Notes under the pieces: model-generated
Databases searched by the model: none
The model's input: only the letters and a program-made list of their open reading frames with translations
Told to the model about the DNA's origin: nothing
Shown here: piece after piece, positions 31,263 to 41,414 of the stretch
Layout of the letters: every line of letters begins with the position of its first letter
Numbering within the stretch: the stretch's first letter is position 1
Position numbers and translations under genes: made by a program
Source of the DNA: Candidatus Omnitrophota bacterium
Lineage (GTDB): Bacteria > Omnitrophota > Gorgyraeia > JABMRG01 > JAFGKX01
Assembly: GCA_043797125.1 (NCBI GenBank)
Contig: JAZDPX010000033.1
Location: forward strand, 98,527 to 162,526
Reading direction: 5' to 3'
DNA length: 64,000 bases

Positions 31263-33042
31263 CTTCTAAAAATATCCTGTTCCACCATTCAAAACAAAGC
31301 AGGCTCCATATAAGAAGCCTGTGGTTTACTTTGCCTGAAATGTGTTCTGTTATTATTTTATTTATATACGCAGGTTTAAAATAGCCGCGATTCAGCGTCC
31401 TTTTATCTAAAATGATCTTTTTCACGTAATCAATAGATTCTCCCCTATACCAGGAAGCGTCAGGCGGGCTGAAACCCTGTTTTCTTTTTTCAATGATTCT
31501 TTTTGGAAGATATTTACTCATAGCCTTTCTTAAAATAAATTTTCCGGAGCCGCTGTTATGTTTGTATTCAGGCGGTATCTTCACGCTAAGCTGTAGCAGC
31601 TCTTTGTCTAAAAATGGCAGCCTTGCCTCCAGCGAGTTAGCCATGCTTATCTTGTCTTCTATAACAAGCAGGCCATGCAAAAAAGTCTTCAAGTCAAAAT
31701 AAAAAGCCCTGTTAAATGAGGCCTCGTTGTTTGAATTTTTTACTATATCTTTATAAATGTCATACGTCGCCAACCCCTTTATTTTTGACCAGGCCTGACC
31801 GCTAAAAAACTTCTTCTTATCCTCATCCGGCATAAGCCTGAGCCAATAACGATAATATTTATCGTCAAATTTATCAATATTTTTGCAGTCTTTGATTAAT
31901 TCGTAGCGCCAAGGGTAACCTCCGAAAATCTCGTCTCCCCCGCCGCCTGTTAACACCACTTTGACAAACCTGCTGGCAAGCTGCGCAACATAGAAATTCT
32001 GATAGCACATACCCACCCTTAAGTCCTCGAGATGCCACACAAGTTTTGGCATTATATGCTGCATATCGCCCGAATGTATCACCATCTCATAATGAGTTGT
32101 ATGAAAACGCCTTGCTATTGCTTCTGCGTCCTTTCTTTCGTCAAAGACCATCTCCATGCCGGATGCCGACGTAAGGTCAAATCCTCCGGTAAAGGTCATC
32201 AAGCGCGGTATCTTAGCGGATGCCACGGCAACTATTGATGCCGAATCCATCCCGCCGCTTAGATAACTGCCTATCGGGACATCGCTTATTAAGTGACGGA
32301 TAACACTTTTCTCAAACACATCTAACACCTTTTTGGTATATGCTTTTTCGCTTAATCTTTCTTCATCAAAGACGATATCCCGATATTGTTTTTGCTCTAA
32401 GCCTTCCTTTGTAACAACCAGCATATGTCCCGGAGAAAGAAGCTTAACGCCCTCAAAAAGAGTTCTGTCCGTAAATATATTCTGAAAGGTAAAATATTCG
32501 CCGAGCGCTTCCAGGCATATCTTTTTTGTGAAATCATTAAGCTTAAAGAACGCTTTTATTTCCGATGCAAAAGAAAATTGCCTGTTCTTGTAGTAGTAAT
32601 ACAGCGGCTTTGTGCCGAATATGTCTCTTGCTAAAAAAAGTCTTTCTTTTTTCTTGTCTCATATCGCAAATGCGAATTCGCCGTTAAATTTCTGAAGACA
32701 TTCTTCGCCCCATTCTTCGTAGGAATGGATAATAACCTCTATGTCTGTCTTGGAACTGAACCTGTGGCCTTTTGATTCCAGTACAGATACCAATTCAAGG
32801 TAATTATATATCTCTCCGTTAGCGATAAGAAAAATATTTTTATCTTCATTGGGCATGGGTTGCCTGCCCAAAGAAGAAAGGTCTATTATTGAAAGCCTCC
32901 TGTGGGCCAGGCCGATATTTTTGTCAATATACTCGCCTTTGTCGTCGGGGCCGCGGTGTTGTAAGGCCTCGGACATACCGTTTATCTGAGCACAGGATAT
33001 GCTTTTATTATCCAGATTATAAATGCCTGCTATACCGCACAT
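31246..33042 (-). pseudogene. asnB: Third AsnB-like amidotransferase interrupted by a single in-frame TGA (32659-32661)
   Basis: ORFs 32659..33042 and 31246..32424 are in the same frame; the intervening 78 codons read DKKKERLFLARDIFGTKPLYY...; TGA lies at the Trp of the usual FAFAIWD. Confidence 0.88.
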
Positions 33043-33043
33043 T

Positions 33044-33988
33044 TTAGTTATTTGGGGCTTTGCGCAACCAGTTTACGTAGTTTTGAATTCCCTGGCTTGC
33101 AGAATATTTTGGCTGAAAATCAAAACAGTCTTTGGCTTTTTTGTATGAGAGTTTCATTCTCTCTATGTCGCCTTTGGCCTTTGGCCCGCTTTTTGGCTTT
33201 ATATATACGTTTAAGACCTTACAGACAATTTCATAGATTTCATTTATAGATGTTTCTGTGTCGGTCCCCAGGATAAAAATCTCATCTTCTGTGTGCGCCT
33301 GCGAGGCCTTGATAAGGCCCTGAACAACATCTTTTACGTATATAAGATCTCTTGTTTGCTTTCCATCCCAGTATATCGTCGGCTGTTCTTTGCTTAAAAG
33401 CTTCTGAGTGAATTCTGCGATTACGGGTTTCCAGTCGGGTTTCGCCCTCTGCCTTTCCCCGTACACGGTTGCCAGCCTGCATATTGCGACAGGCAGGCTG
33501 TAAATATTGTGGTAAACTTTCAAGTAATACTCAGCCGCTAATTTGTTTACATCGTAAGGCGTGGTTGGATTATCCCTGTGCTTTTCGTCCATAGGTAAAT
33601 ATGTAGGATCTCCATAAATACCGCTATTGCTGGTAAAAATAATTTTGCAATTATGTATTTTTGCGATTTCAAGAATATTCAGCGTTCCTACCGCGTTTAC
33701 CTGGGTATCTCTAAAGGGGTTGCTTAAGCTTAAGGAGCGGGGATGGCACGCTAAATGGAATATTTTTTCAAAATCATAATTAACTAATAAGGATTTAAGG
33801 CTATCTAAAGAATTGGTTATATCAGCTCTTATTAAATCTATCTGGCCCTTGACGTTTTCCAAGTTTTCAATACGCCCGTTGCTAAAATCATCGATTATTA
33901 CAACCTTGTTCTTTTGACTTATAAGCTCCTCTGCCAAATGGGAGCCTATGAAACCCGCGCCGCCTGTTATTAATACTGCTTTTGTCAT
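33044..33988 (-). CDS. NAD-dependent epimerase/dehydratase
   Basis: [14 protein letters not shown] (YxxxK). Confidence 0.9.
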   Translation of the reverse strand: MTKAVLITGGAGFIGSHLAEELISQKNKVVIIDDFSNGRIENLENVKGQIDLIRADITNSLDSLKSLLVNYDFEKIFHLACHPRSLSLSNPFRDTQVNAVGTLNILEIAKIHNCKIIFTSNSGIYGDPTYLPMDEKHRDNPTTPYDVNKLAAEYYLKVYHNIYSLPVAICRLATVYGERQRAKPDWKPVIAEFTQKLLSKEQPTIYWDGKQTRDLIYVKDVVQGLIKASQAHTEDEIFILGTDTETSINEIYEIVCKVLNVYIKPKSGPKAKGDIERMKLSYKKAKDCFDFQPKYSASQGIQNYVNWLRKAPNN

Positions 33989-35622
33989 TGCTTATCCTCG
34001 ATTAAAGCCTCTATGCTGATATCGCTTTTATCCGGCCTTTGGCCTGTCTGAATCAATTTGTTGTTTTCAACTACATACGTATTAGAACAACCCTTGCACT
34101 GCATTATATCTAAGCCGCCCTTTTGTTTTAAGGTTACTCCGCATTCGCACACCCATCCTATTTGCCTTGCAGGGACCCCGACTACCAGCGCGTAATCAGG
34201 GACATCTTTCTTAACCACTGCCCCGGCGCCCACCATCGCGTACCTGCCTATCGTTACCCCGCATATTATAGTAGCGTTAGCGCCTATGGTCGCGCCTCTT
34301 TTTACGAGCGTAGGCAAAAAGGCGTTTTTCCTTTCTATGAACGCTCTCGGCGTATAGACATTCGTAAATACGCAAGACGGTCCGCAGAAGACCTCATCCT
34401 GGATAGTTACGCCTTTGTAGACCGAAACGTTATTCTGTATTTTACACATACTGCCCACGCTGACATCCGGGCCTATCATAACATTCTGCCCGATGACGCA
34501 ATTTTTGCCTATCTTTGTGCCTTTTAAAATATGCGAATAATGCCATATTTTAGTGCCGTCGCCTATGTCTGTGTTTTCATCGACAAAACAAGTAGGATGC
34601 GTAAAATAATTCACAGTTACGGTGCTTTCAGGAATCGTATTTACAATCAGATCGTCAGACCTTTTGCACCTTATGGATTTTTCTGAGCGCTCCAACACCC
34701 TTAAAACCTTTATTGCTTCATCAGCGTCCGTCTTCGGGGTTTGCCTGTTTTTGACGCATTCTAAAAAATGCTTAAGCTCTACTTTTAAGGGTTCTTCATC
34801 TGAAATTTTTACGCAATAATGGTCGGCTTTGCGCGCTATCGGGATTTTACCGTTAGTCCATTCTATTTCGTGCGGATAGATAAAAAGTTTTTCTTTGGTC
34901 AAGTCATCAAAAACAGCCATTGCCTTTGAGCCCACCACTATCAGCTTTTGCTCCTTATACGGATGCAGCCAGCTCACAAAAATATGGGCCTTTATTCTGT
35001 TTTTAAATTCCAGGTTAGTCATGGTGATATCATATATCTGCTCGCTTAGATAATATTCGCCGAAGCAGTTTATCTTTTCCGGCTCATCGCCTACCAGCAT
35101 TAAAATAACCGATATATCATGAGGCGCAAAGCTCCATAAAATATTTTCTTCAACTTTTAATTTTCCAATGTTGAGCCTGTTGGAATATATGTACTGGACT
35201 TTGCCCAATTCCATATTATCTATTAATTCTTTTAGCTTTATCACCGCAGGATGGTAATGCAGAATATGGCCTGTCATTAAAATTTTATTTTTTTCTTTGG
35301 CTATATTACCTAATTCCTGCGCATGCCTAAGGGTCAAAGTCAGAGGCTTTTCAACAAAAATATCTTTTCCGGCTTCAAGCGCCTTTTTCCCCAGGTTATA
35401 GTGGGTAGCCGGGGGAGTAGCAATAACCACCGCGTCTATTTTGGGGTCTTTTAATATGTCTTCGAAATAAAGTGTATACTTTATATCAGGGAATTCTTTT
35501 TCTCTCTCTTTTATGGTCTGAGCGTTGATATCACACGCAATGCGCACAGCTCCCAGCTCATAAAGGTTTCGTAAAATATTCTTGCCCCACCCGCCTAAGC
35601 CTATAACTCCTGCGTTAATCAT
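33985..35622 (-). CDS. Gfo/Idh/MocA oxidoreductase fused to a hexapeptide N-acetyltransferase (WlbA/WbpB-WlbB/WbpD-like)
   Basis: GLGGWG, VEKP; C-terminal [32 protein letters not shown]. Confidence 0.9.
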   Translation of the reverse strand: MINAGVIGLGGWGKNILRNLYELGAVRIACDINAQTIKEREKEFPDIKYTLYFEDILKDPKIDAVVIATPPATHYNLGKKALEAGKDIFVEKPLTLTLRHAQELGNIAKEKNKILMTGHILHYHPAVIKLKELIDNMELGKVQYIYSNRLNIGKLKVEENILWSFAPHDISVILMLVGDEPEKINCFGEYYLSEQIYDITMTNLEFKNRIKAHIFVSWLHPYKEQKLIVVGSKAMAVFDDLTKEKLFIYPHEIEWTNGKIPIARKADHYCVKISDEEPLKVELKHFLECVKNRQTPKTDADEAIKVLRVLERSEKSIRCKRSDDLIVNTIPESTVTVNYFTHPTCFVDENTDIGDGTKIWHYSHILKGTKIGKNCVIGQNVMIGPDVSVGSMCKIQNNVSVYKGVTIQDEVFCGPSCVFTNVYTPRAFIERKNAFLPTLVKRGATIGANATIICGVTIGRYAMVGAGAVVKKDVPDYALVVGVPARQIGWVCECGVTLKQKGGLDIMQCKGCSNTYVVENNKLIQTGQRPDKSDISIEALIEDKQ

Positions 35623-35634
35623 TTTTAGGCTCCT

Positions 35635-36564
35635 CTAATTTTTAAATTTAAACCATTCTATGGTCTTGGCCAAGCCTTCCTGCAGATTTACTACAGGCTG
35701 CCAGTTAAGCTTTTCTTTTGCTTTGCTTATATCAGGCCTTCTGATTTTCGGGTCATTTACCGGAAGCGTTTCGTATACTATTTTGCTTTTCGAGCCGGTT
35801 AGTTTAATAATTTTATCCGCCAGCTGCAATATAGTCATCTCCGCGGGGTTTCCTATGTTTACTGGCTCATTAAGTCCGGAATTCATTAGTTTATATATGC
35901 CTGCCACCATATCCGATATATAACAAAAACTTCTGGTTTGAGAACCGTCGCCGTAGACGGTAATAGCCGCGCCTTTTAAAGCCTGGTCGATGAAATTTGG
36001 TATGGCCCTTCCGTCGCTTTTTCGCATTCTCTCGCCGTAAGTGTTAAATATCCGGATTATCTTGGTATCTATTTTATGGACACGGTGATAAGCCAGGGTT
36101 ATCGCTTCCGCGAACCGCTTTGCTTCGTCATATACGCCGCGCGGGCCTGTCGGGTTTACGTTACCCCAATAGCTCTCCGGCTGGGGGCTAACTAATGGGT
36201 CGCCGTATACCTCGGATGTGGATGCCAGCAAAAATTTGGCTCTGTATTTCTTGGCAACCCCGAGGGCGTTATGCGTGCCTAAAGAACCGACCTTTAACGT
36301 CTTTATTGGATATTTTAAATAATCTACCGGCGACGCGGGCGAAGCGAAATGAAGGACATAATCAACTTTTTCTTTTAACCTTATTTCTTTGGTGACATCA
36401 TGCTTTATGAATTTAAAGTTTTTATCTCCCAAAAGGTGCTTTATGTTTTTTTTGCTGCCGGTTACCAGGCTGTCCATGCACATTATTTTGTGGCCTTTTT
36501 TAATTAAAAAATCGCATAAGTGCGAGCCGATGAAACCGGCGCCTCCGGTAATGAGTATTTTCAT
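35635..36564 (-). CDS. uxs: UDP-glucuronate decarboxylase (UDP-xylose synthase-like)
   Basis: [30 protein letters not shown]. Confidence 0.88.
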   Translation of the reverse strand: MKILITGGAGFIGSHLCDFLIKKGHKIMCMDSLVTGSKKNIKHLLGDKNFKFIKHDVTKEIRLKEKVDYVLHFASPASPVDYLKYPIKTLKVGSLGTHNALGVAKKYRAKFLLASTSEVYGDPLVSPQPESYWGNVNPTGPRGVYDEAKRFAEAITLAYHRVHKIDTKIIRIFNTYGERMRKSDGRAIPNFIDQALKGAAITVYGDGSQTRSFCYISDMVAGIYKLMNSGLNEPVNIGNPAEMTILQLADKIIKLTGSKSKIVYETLPVNDPKIRRPDISKAKEKLNWQPVVNLQEGLAKTIEWFKFKN

Positions 36565-36577
36565 GAAAAACTCCATC

Positions 36578-36616
36578 TTGGTTAATTGGTTAATTGGTTA
36601 ATTTGTTAATTGGTAA
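36578..36616. repeat. (TTGGTTAA) x ~5 array at the 3' end of the four-helix-bundle gene
   Basis: Read directly; supplies that gene's last codons and stop. Confidence 0.95.
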
Positions 36617-36989
36617 CTGATTCCAGCTTTTTGCCTTTAATATATTTAATGTAACCATTTAATTTTTTTAAAACCATATACCCTTCATGTTTAAGTTTTT
36701 CTATACAATCCGTATCTATATAACTTTCATCCACACAAATATTCAAATCATCAATTAGTTCTTCAAGAGATCCTCTAGACTGCCTTAAGAACTGTATATT
36801 TTCTTGATAATGATACCTTCCGTGTCCTTCAGCTATATTATTTGTTAACGATACTGCTGCTCTGCGCATTTGTCTAATTAGATTATACTCTTCTTCCTTG
36901 GGTAATTTATTTGTCAGCTTATAGATTTTCTTCCTATATTCTCGTGCTAGATTATAAGCATCCAATCTTTCAAAACTATATTCGTTCAT
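36606..36989 (-). CDS. Four-helix-bundle protein (TIGR02436 / 23S rRNA-IVP, Avd-like fold)
   Basis: FERLDAY...LPKEEEYNLIRQMRRAAVSLTNNIAEGHGR...FLRQSRGSLEE signature. Confidence 0.92.
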   Translation of the reverse strand: MNEYSFERLDAYNLAREYRKKIYKLTNKLPKEEEYNLIRQMRRAAVSLTNNIAEGHGRYHYQENIQFLRQSRGSLEELIDDLNICVDESYIDTDCIEKLKHEGYMVLKKLNGYIKYIKGKKLESVTN

Positions 36990-36995
36990 TTTCTG

Positions 36996-37040
36996 CTCAC
37001 CACTCACCAATTAACCAATTAACCACTCACCAATTAACCA
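36996..37040. repeat. Mixed CTCACCA / ATTAACCA array at the 5' side of the four-helix-bundle gene
   Basis: ctcacca ctcacca attaacca attaacca ctcacca attaacca; inverse complement of the TTGGTTAA array. Confidence 0.95.
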
Positions 37041-37043
37041 GAC

Positions 37044-38114
37044 TCAATTTTTTATCTTTAAACTCGTGAACACCCCGAAATCCGGCGCTGCGCCGTTTGT
37101 ATTCTCATCAATGGCAATCTGCCAGGAAATTTTATCATTAAAATTATGATTAAAACCCAATGTCAAAACGCCGGGATCATGGTCTGTGGCCGGAACTCCT
37201 CCGTCATATACTGTCGTATTAGCCGTAAACTGAAAAAGCATTGAAGTCTTATCCGTCAAAAAATATTCAAGGCCCAAAGCACCGTGCAGCATTTCTTTCT
37301 TAAATACATCTAAATTACTTAATATGTCAGGCTTATCAACAAAAATATAATTCATGTTTAAGAATACAAAGAACCTTTTAAATAAACTTTTATCGAGTAA
37401 TATTCCTGCGGCATAATCAAATTTTTTACTTCCCAATAATTCATCTTTGGCAGTAGGAAATTTCACAGCTGCCCGTAAAGAAGCTGTGGGAACCCACTTA
37501 TTTTCATCTAATATTTTATATTTTAGGTATGCGGAAACCTCGCCAAAATCATTCGCCTCTGAAGTGCTAAAAATATAAGGGTTTCCCTTGTTTCTTATTT
37601 CGTATTCATAATTGTATTTTTCTGTTTCTTCTCTCGCGTTGGGAGTTTTTATAAATGAAAAAGAACGTTCAAAATTTTCAATAAAGCTGTCAAGGTAGCC
37701 TCCCGAAAAAATATAGTATGGCATATCGAGACTGATTTCCATATCATCCAAAATTCCGTATGAAAGGTTTGCGTCTACTCTATTTACCTCGGTGTCTACA
37801 TAAACCCACCATTCCCTATCCTTTTCGGTAACGCCACCAAACTGCTGCCCGGGCCAGGGCCTCTGATGTACTACGATATTGGAAACATGGTAAGAAGCGT
37901 CGACTCTTATCTTGCCCTTTTTTAGGGTTTGCGCCTTATCTAGTGTTGGCGACATATAAAATAAATATAGAGGCATCTGGTTGCGCACGTTCAGGGGGCC
38001 TACGGCTTGGTATTTGTTTTCTTCAGCAAAAATAGCTGTGGGCTGTGAGCTGTGGGCTGTGAGCAAAAATACAAAAAAGGCAACTATGGTTGAAATTTTA
38101 TTTTTCATATGCAT
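37044..38114 (-). CDS. DUF3187-like putative outer-membrane beta-barrel
   Basis: Signal peptide, GPLNVRNQMP, GGYLDSFIENF, KFPT, APDF motifs. Confidence 0.7.
   Translation of the reverse strand: MHMKNKISTIVAFFVFLLTAHSSQPTAIFAEENKYQAVGPLNVRNQMPLYLFYMSPTLDKAQTLKKGKIRVDASYHVSNIVVHQRPWPGQQFGGVTEKDREWWVYVDTEVNRVDANLSYGILDDMEISLDMPYYIFSGGYLDSFIENFERSFSFIKTPNAREETEKYNYEYEIRNKGNPYIFSTSEANDFGEVSAYLKYKILDENKWVPTASLRAAVKFPTAKDELLGSKKFDYAAGILLDKSLFKRFFVFLNMNYIFVDKPDILSNLDVFKKEMLHGALGLEYFLTDKTSMLFQFTANTTVYDGGVPATDHDPGVLTLGFNHNFNDKISWQIAIDENTNGAAPDFGVFTSLKIKN
38035..38062. repeat. In-frame heptamer array GCTGTG(G/A) x4 in the signal-peptide region
   Basis: Encodes LTAHSSQPTA. Confidence 0.85.
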
Positions 38115-38119
38115 GTTTT

Positions 38120-39433
38120 TTATAATTTAATAATATTTTTCCCGCGAATATTTCTTACACCAAAGGCGTTACGCGTATCTAAAATCAGTTTCGCGTTTTT
38201 AGCAATCATCCTGTAATTAAATCCGTTATGATCTGTTGTTAAAATGGCCAAGTCGCTTTTTTTAATGTTGTTTGCGTTTTGCTCTGTATTCTTTAAATGA
38301 ATACCTGTAATCTCAAGATATGGTATATAAGGGTCGCAATAAGAAACAGCCACGCCTTTAGCCTGCAAAAGCTCTATAACATCCAATGCCGGCGATTCGC
38401 GCAGATCCTTCACGTCTTTCTTGTACGTAACGCCCAGCACCAATATCTTTGCCTTGGAAATATCTTTACCGTTTTTAGCGAGCATGCTTTCCGCCCTATG
38501 CGCCACATAATGCGGCATAAAAAGGTTGGTTTTTGCCGCGATATCAATCATTTTTGTCTTAAAACCGACTTTGCGCGCCTTCCATGAAAGATAAATTGGG
38601 TCTGCAGGGATGCAATGACCACCAATTCCCGGGCCCGGGTAAAACGGCATGAAACCGAATGGTTTGGTCTTCGCAGCCTCTACTACTTCCCAAACATCTA
38701 TTTTCAACCTGTCACACACCATGGCAAATTCGTTTATAAGGCCTATATTGACTATCCTGAATGTGTTTTCAAGAAGCTTGACCACCTCTGCGGATTCAGC
38801 AGAAGAAACAGGCACAACCTGCTTTATTATTTTAGAATAGAGCTTCTTTGTCAGCTCCCCGGCTTCTTTGCTTATTCCGCCGACAACTTTGGGAATTTTG
38901 GCAAAGGGGTATTTTTTATTGCCCGGGTCTATTCTTTCCGGAGAAAATGATAAAAAGAAATCTTTGCCTTCCCTTAAGCCGCCTTTCTGAAATATAGGCA
39001 TTACCACATCTCTCGTTGTGCCCGGGTATGTGGTGCTTTCCAGAATAACTAATTGAGAGGGGCGTAAATGTTTGTACATGGTGCGGCTTGCCTGGATAAT
39101 ATACGACATATCGGGAGTTTTTCTTTTACGCAAAGGCGTCGGCACGCATATTATTATCGCATCAGAATCTTCTAAAACAGACCTGTTTAGAGTCGGTGAA
39201 AATTTCTTCCCTCTTATGGCGGCTTTTATTTGCGATGACGGAATATCCGTTATATAGGATTTTCCCTTTAGCAGGCTGTCGATTCTATTCTTGTTGTTAT
39301 CCAATCCGTAGACAAAATAACCTTTTTTTACAAATTCAATTGCAATGGGCAGGCCCACATACCCCAAACCAAGCACGCATATTTTGGCATGTTTTGAATC
39401 TATAAGCCTGTTTAATTTAGCGGCGTTATTCAT
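38120..39433 (-). CDS. wbpA: UDP-GlcNAc 6-dehydrogenase (WbpA-like nucleotide-sugar dehydrogenase)
   Basis: GLGYVG, CVPTP, ESTTYPGTT, SPERIDPGN, GGHCIP. Confidence 0.85.
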   Translation of the reverse strand: MNNAAKLNRLIDSKHAKICVLGLGYVGLPIAIEFVKKGYFVYGLDNNKNRIDSLLKGKSYITDIPSSQIKAAIRGKKFSPTLNRSVLEDSDAIIICVPTPLRKRKTPDMSYIIQASRTMYKHLRPSQLVILESTTYPGTTRDVVMPIFQKGGLREGKDFFLSFSPERIDPGNKKYPFAKIPKVVGGISKEAGELTKKLYSKIIKQVVPVSSAESAEVVKLLENTFRIVNIGLINEFAMVCDRLKIDVWEVVEAAKTKPFGFMPFYPGPGIGGHCIPADPIYLSWKARKVGFKTKMIDIAAKTNLFMPHYVAHRAESMLAKNGKDISKAKILVLGVTYKKDVKDLRESPALDVIELLQAKGVAVSYCDPYIPYLEITGIHLKNTEQNANNIKKSDLAILTTDHNGFNYRMIAKNAKLILDTRNAFGVRNIRGKNIIKL

Positions 39434-40389
39434 CTTATTTTTTCTCTCCAGTAATTAAGCAGGTCTTCCATGGTTTTCTTAAACGGTATTTCAGGTTTCC
39501 ATCCGGTCAGCTTCCTCATTTTAGAACAATTCCCTAAAAGAATAGCGACATCGCTGGGACGCATTCTTGCAGGATCCTGCTTTATTTTTATGGGGACTTT
39601 AGCAAATGACAAAAGCGTGTCAAGGACCTCTCGCATAGAGCGGGCTTTTCCCGAACAAATATTATACACGTCTCCGGGCTTTCCCTTCTGCATAATGAGC
39701 CAGTAGGCTTTAACCATGTCCCTTACATCTGTAAAATCCCTTTTTGCGTTTAAGTTTCCTACATGCATAACCGGCTTTTGTTTGCCTTTCTCTATCATGG
39801 CAATCTGTTTTGCAAAATTAGAAGAAGCAAAACTTTCTCCTCTTCTGGGCCCTGTGTGGTTGAATGCACGCGTCCTTATTACCCTTAAACCGTAACTTTT
39901 GTAATATTGATATCCTAAAAGATCCTGCCCTACCTTAGATACCCCATAGGGGCTAAGCGGCCTTAATGGATTTGTTTCTTTTATCGGTAGTTCATTTTTG
40001 TTTACAAAACCGTACTCTTCAGAAGAACCGGCCACAATAACCCTTGGGTTTTGCTTCAGGCTAAGCAGCGCTTCAAATAAGTTAACCTCACCTATCATAT
40101 TGGTCTTGATTGTTTCTGCCGGGGCTGTCCATGAGGTTGGAACAAAAGACTGGGCTGCCAGGTGTATGATAAAATGCGGTTTAATTTTATTAAGGATATC
40201 GCGCATTGAGACAATATCGTTTATGTCGCATTCGTCGTAAAGTTTTATTTTATCTTTAAGATGCTCTATGTTTTCAGTACTTGCCTTCCAGCGCTCTATT
40301 CCATAAACTTCAATATCTTTCTTGTTTAGAAAAAATTCCGTAAAATGGCTTCCAACAAACCCTGCTATTCCGGTAATAAGGACTCTCAT
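39430..40389 (-). CDS. GDP-sugar dehydratase/reductase (Gmd/Rmd-like SDR)
   Basis: GIAGFVG, HLAAQSFV, SSEEYG, YGVSK, FNHTGPRR, RDFTDVRD. Confidence 0.85.
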   Translation of the reverse strand: MRVLITGIAGFVGSHFTEFFLNKKDIEVYGIERWKASTENIEHLKDKIKLYDECDINDIVSMRDILNKIKPHFIIHLAAQSFVPTSWTAPAETIKTNMIGEVNLFEALLSLKQNPRVIVAGSSEEYGFVNKNELPIKETNPLRPLSPYGVSKVGQDLLGYQYYKSYGLRVIRTRAFNHTGPRRGESFASSNFAKQIAMIEKGKQKPVMHVGNLNAKRDFTDVRDMVKAYWLIMQKGKPGDVYNICSGKARSMREVLDTLLSFAKVPIKIKQDPARMRPSDVAILLGNCSKMRKLTGWKPEIPFKKTMEDLLNYWREKIR

Positions 40390-41336
40390 AGATTCTTTTT
40401 CCTTTCTCTTAAATACCTTGTTAAAGCATCTTTCCAGTCTGCTAAACTGCTGCCATGTATTTTGAAAAAAAGTGTATTATCCAATATTGACATCTTCGGC
40501 CTTTTTGCCGGCCTGTCTAGTTGGTCCGATGATATAGGAATAACTTTTATATCCTCTTTACCTGCCTGGTTAACAATCTCTTTTGCGAACTCATACCACG
40601 AGCATGAGCCGGAGTTGGTAACATTTAGAATGCGGCTATTGGTTAATTGGTTAGTAGTTAATTGGTAACTGTCTACAATATCCGCTATCGCCTTTGCTAA
40701 ATCAACTGCATACGTCGGCGAACCAACCTGGTCATTCACAACTTTTATCCGCTTCTGCGTTTTAGCTTTCTCCAATATCGCTTCTACAAAATTCCTGCCT
40801 CCGGCCCCAAACAGCCAGCTTGTCCTTATGATTAAATAATTATCCAATTCACCCCTGACGGCATTTTCGCCTGCGAGTTTGGTTTTTCCATAAATGCTTA
40901 TCGGGTTTGGCATATCCTGTTCGCTGTAGGGCGAGGCCTTCTCTCCGTCGAAAACAAAATCAGTGCTTATGTATATCATGGACGAAGAGGCGAGTTTGCA
41001 CCCTTCTGCTATTATGGCTGTAGCTTGCGTATTTAGGTTGTGAGCTTTTTCAGGATTTAGCTCGCAGCCGTCAACATCGGTATATGCGGCGCAGTGGATT
41101 GTGATGTCGGGGCTTATCTGTTTGATTTTTTGCAGCGCCAAAACTCTGTCAGTTAGGTCAAGTTTGTGAAAAGCTGTTGGCTTTGGGCTACCTGCCCCGC
41201 ACCTGAACGAAGTGAATGGTGCGGGGTGGGCTATGGGCTCCCTAACATCAATCCCGACAACTTCATGCTCAGGCGCTAATTTTCTGCACAACGCCTGACC
41301 CAACATGCCGCTTGAACCAGTAATAAGTACTCTCAT
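40386..41336 (-). CDS. rmlD: dTDP-4-dehydrorhamnose reductase carrying two in-frame repeat insertions
   Basis: GSSGMLG, AAYTDVDGCE, ISTDFVFDG, YGKTK, DQVGSPT. Confidence 0.93.
   Translation of the reverse strand: MRVLITGSSGMLGQALCRKLAPEHEVVGIDVREPIAHPAPFTSFRCGAGSPKPTAFHKLDLTDRVLALQKIKQISPDITIHCAAYTDVDGCELNPEKAHNLNTQATAIIAEGCKLASSSMIYISTDFVFDGEKASPYSEQDMPNPISIYGKTKLAGENAVRGELDNYLIIRTSWLFGAGGRNFVEAILEKAKTQKRIKVVNDQVGSPTYAVDLAKAIADIVDSYQLTTNQLTNSRILNVTNSGSCSWYEFAKEIVNQAGKEDIKVIPISSDQLDRPAKRPKMSILDNTLFFKIHGSSLADWKDALTRYLRERKKNL
40639..40671. repeat. In-frame TTGGTTAA-family array inside rmlD
   Basis: ttggttaa ttggtta gtagttaa ttggtaactg; encodes SYQLTTNQLTN. Confidence 0.9.
41173..41241. repeat. 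In-frame palindromic element within GGCT-type heptamers inside rmlD
   Basis: CCCCGCACC-14 nt-GGTGCGGGG hairpin; encodes PIAHPAPFTSFRCGAGSPKPTA. Confidence 0.8.
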
Positions 41337-41350
41337 AGAATCGTTATGAT

Positions 41351-41413
41351 TTGGTTAATTAGTTAATTGGTTAATTAGTTAATTAACCACTCACCAATTA
41401 ACCACTCACTAAC
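41351..41413. repeat. Head-to-head TT(G/A)GTTAA x4 / TTAACCACTCACCAA arrays (gene-less)
   Basis: Fills the rmlB-rmlD intergenic gap; same architecture as 16-86. Confidence 0.95.
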
Positions 41414-41414
41414 T

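Noticed and set aside
32659-32661. Alternative genetic code (TGA=Trp/Gly) or selenocysteine
   Set aside because: Many genes end in TGA with ATGA overlaps, Trp is TGG elsewhere, and the position is a Trp rather than a Cys site
36606-36989. Diversity-generating retroelement (Avd-like gene) or 23S rRNA intervening sequence
   Set aside because: No reverse transcriptase, TR/VR pair or rRNA in the window
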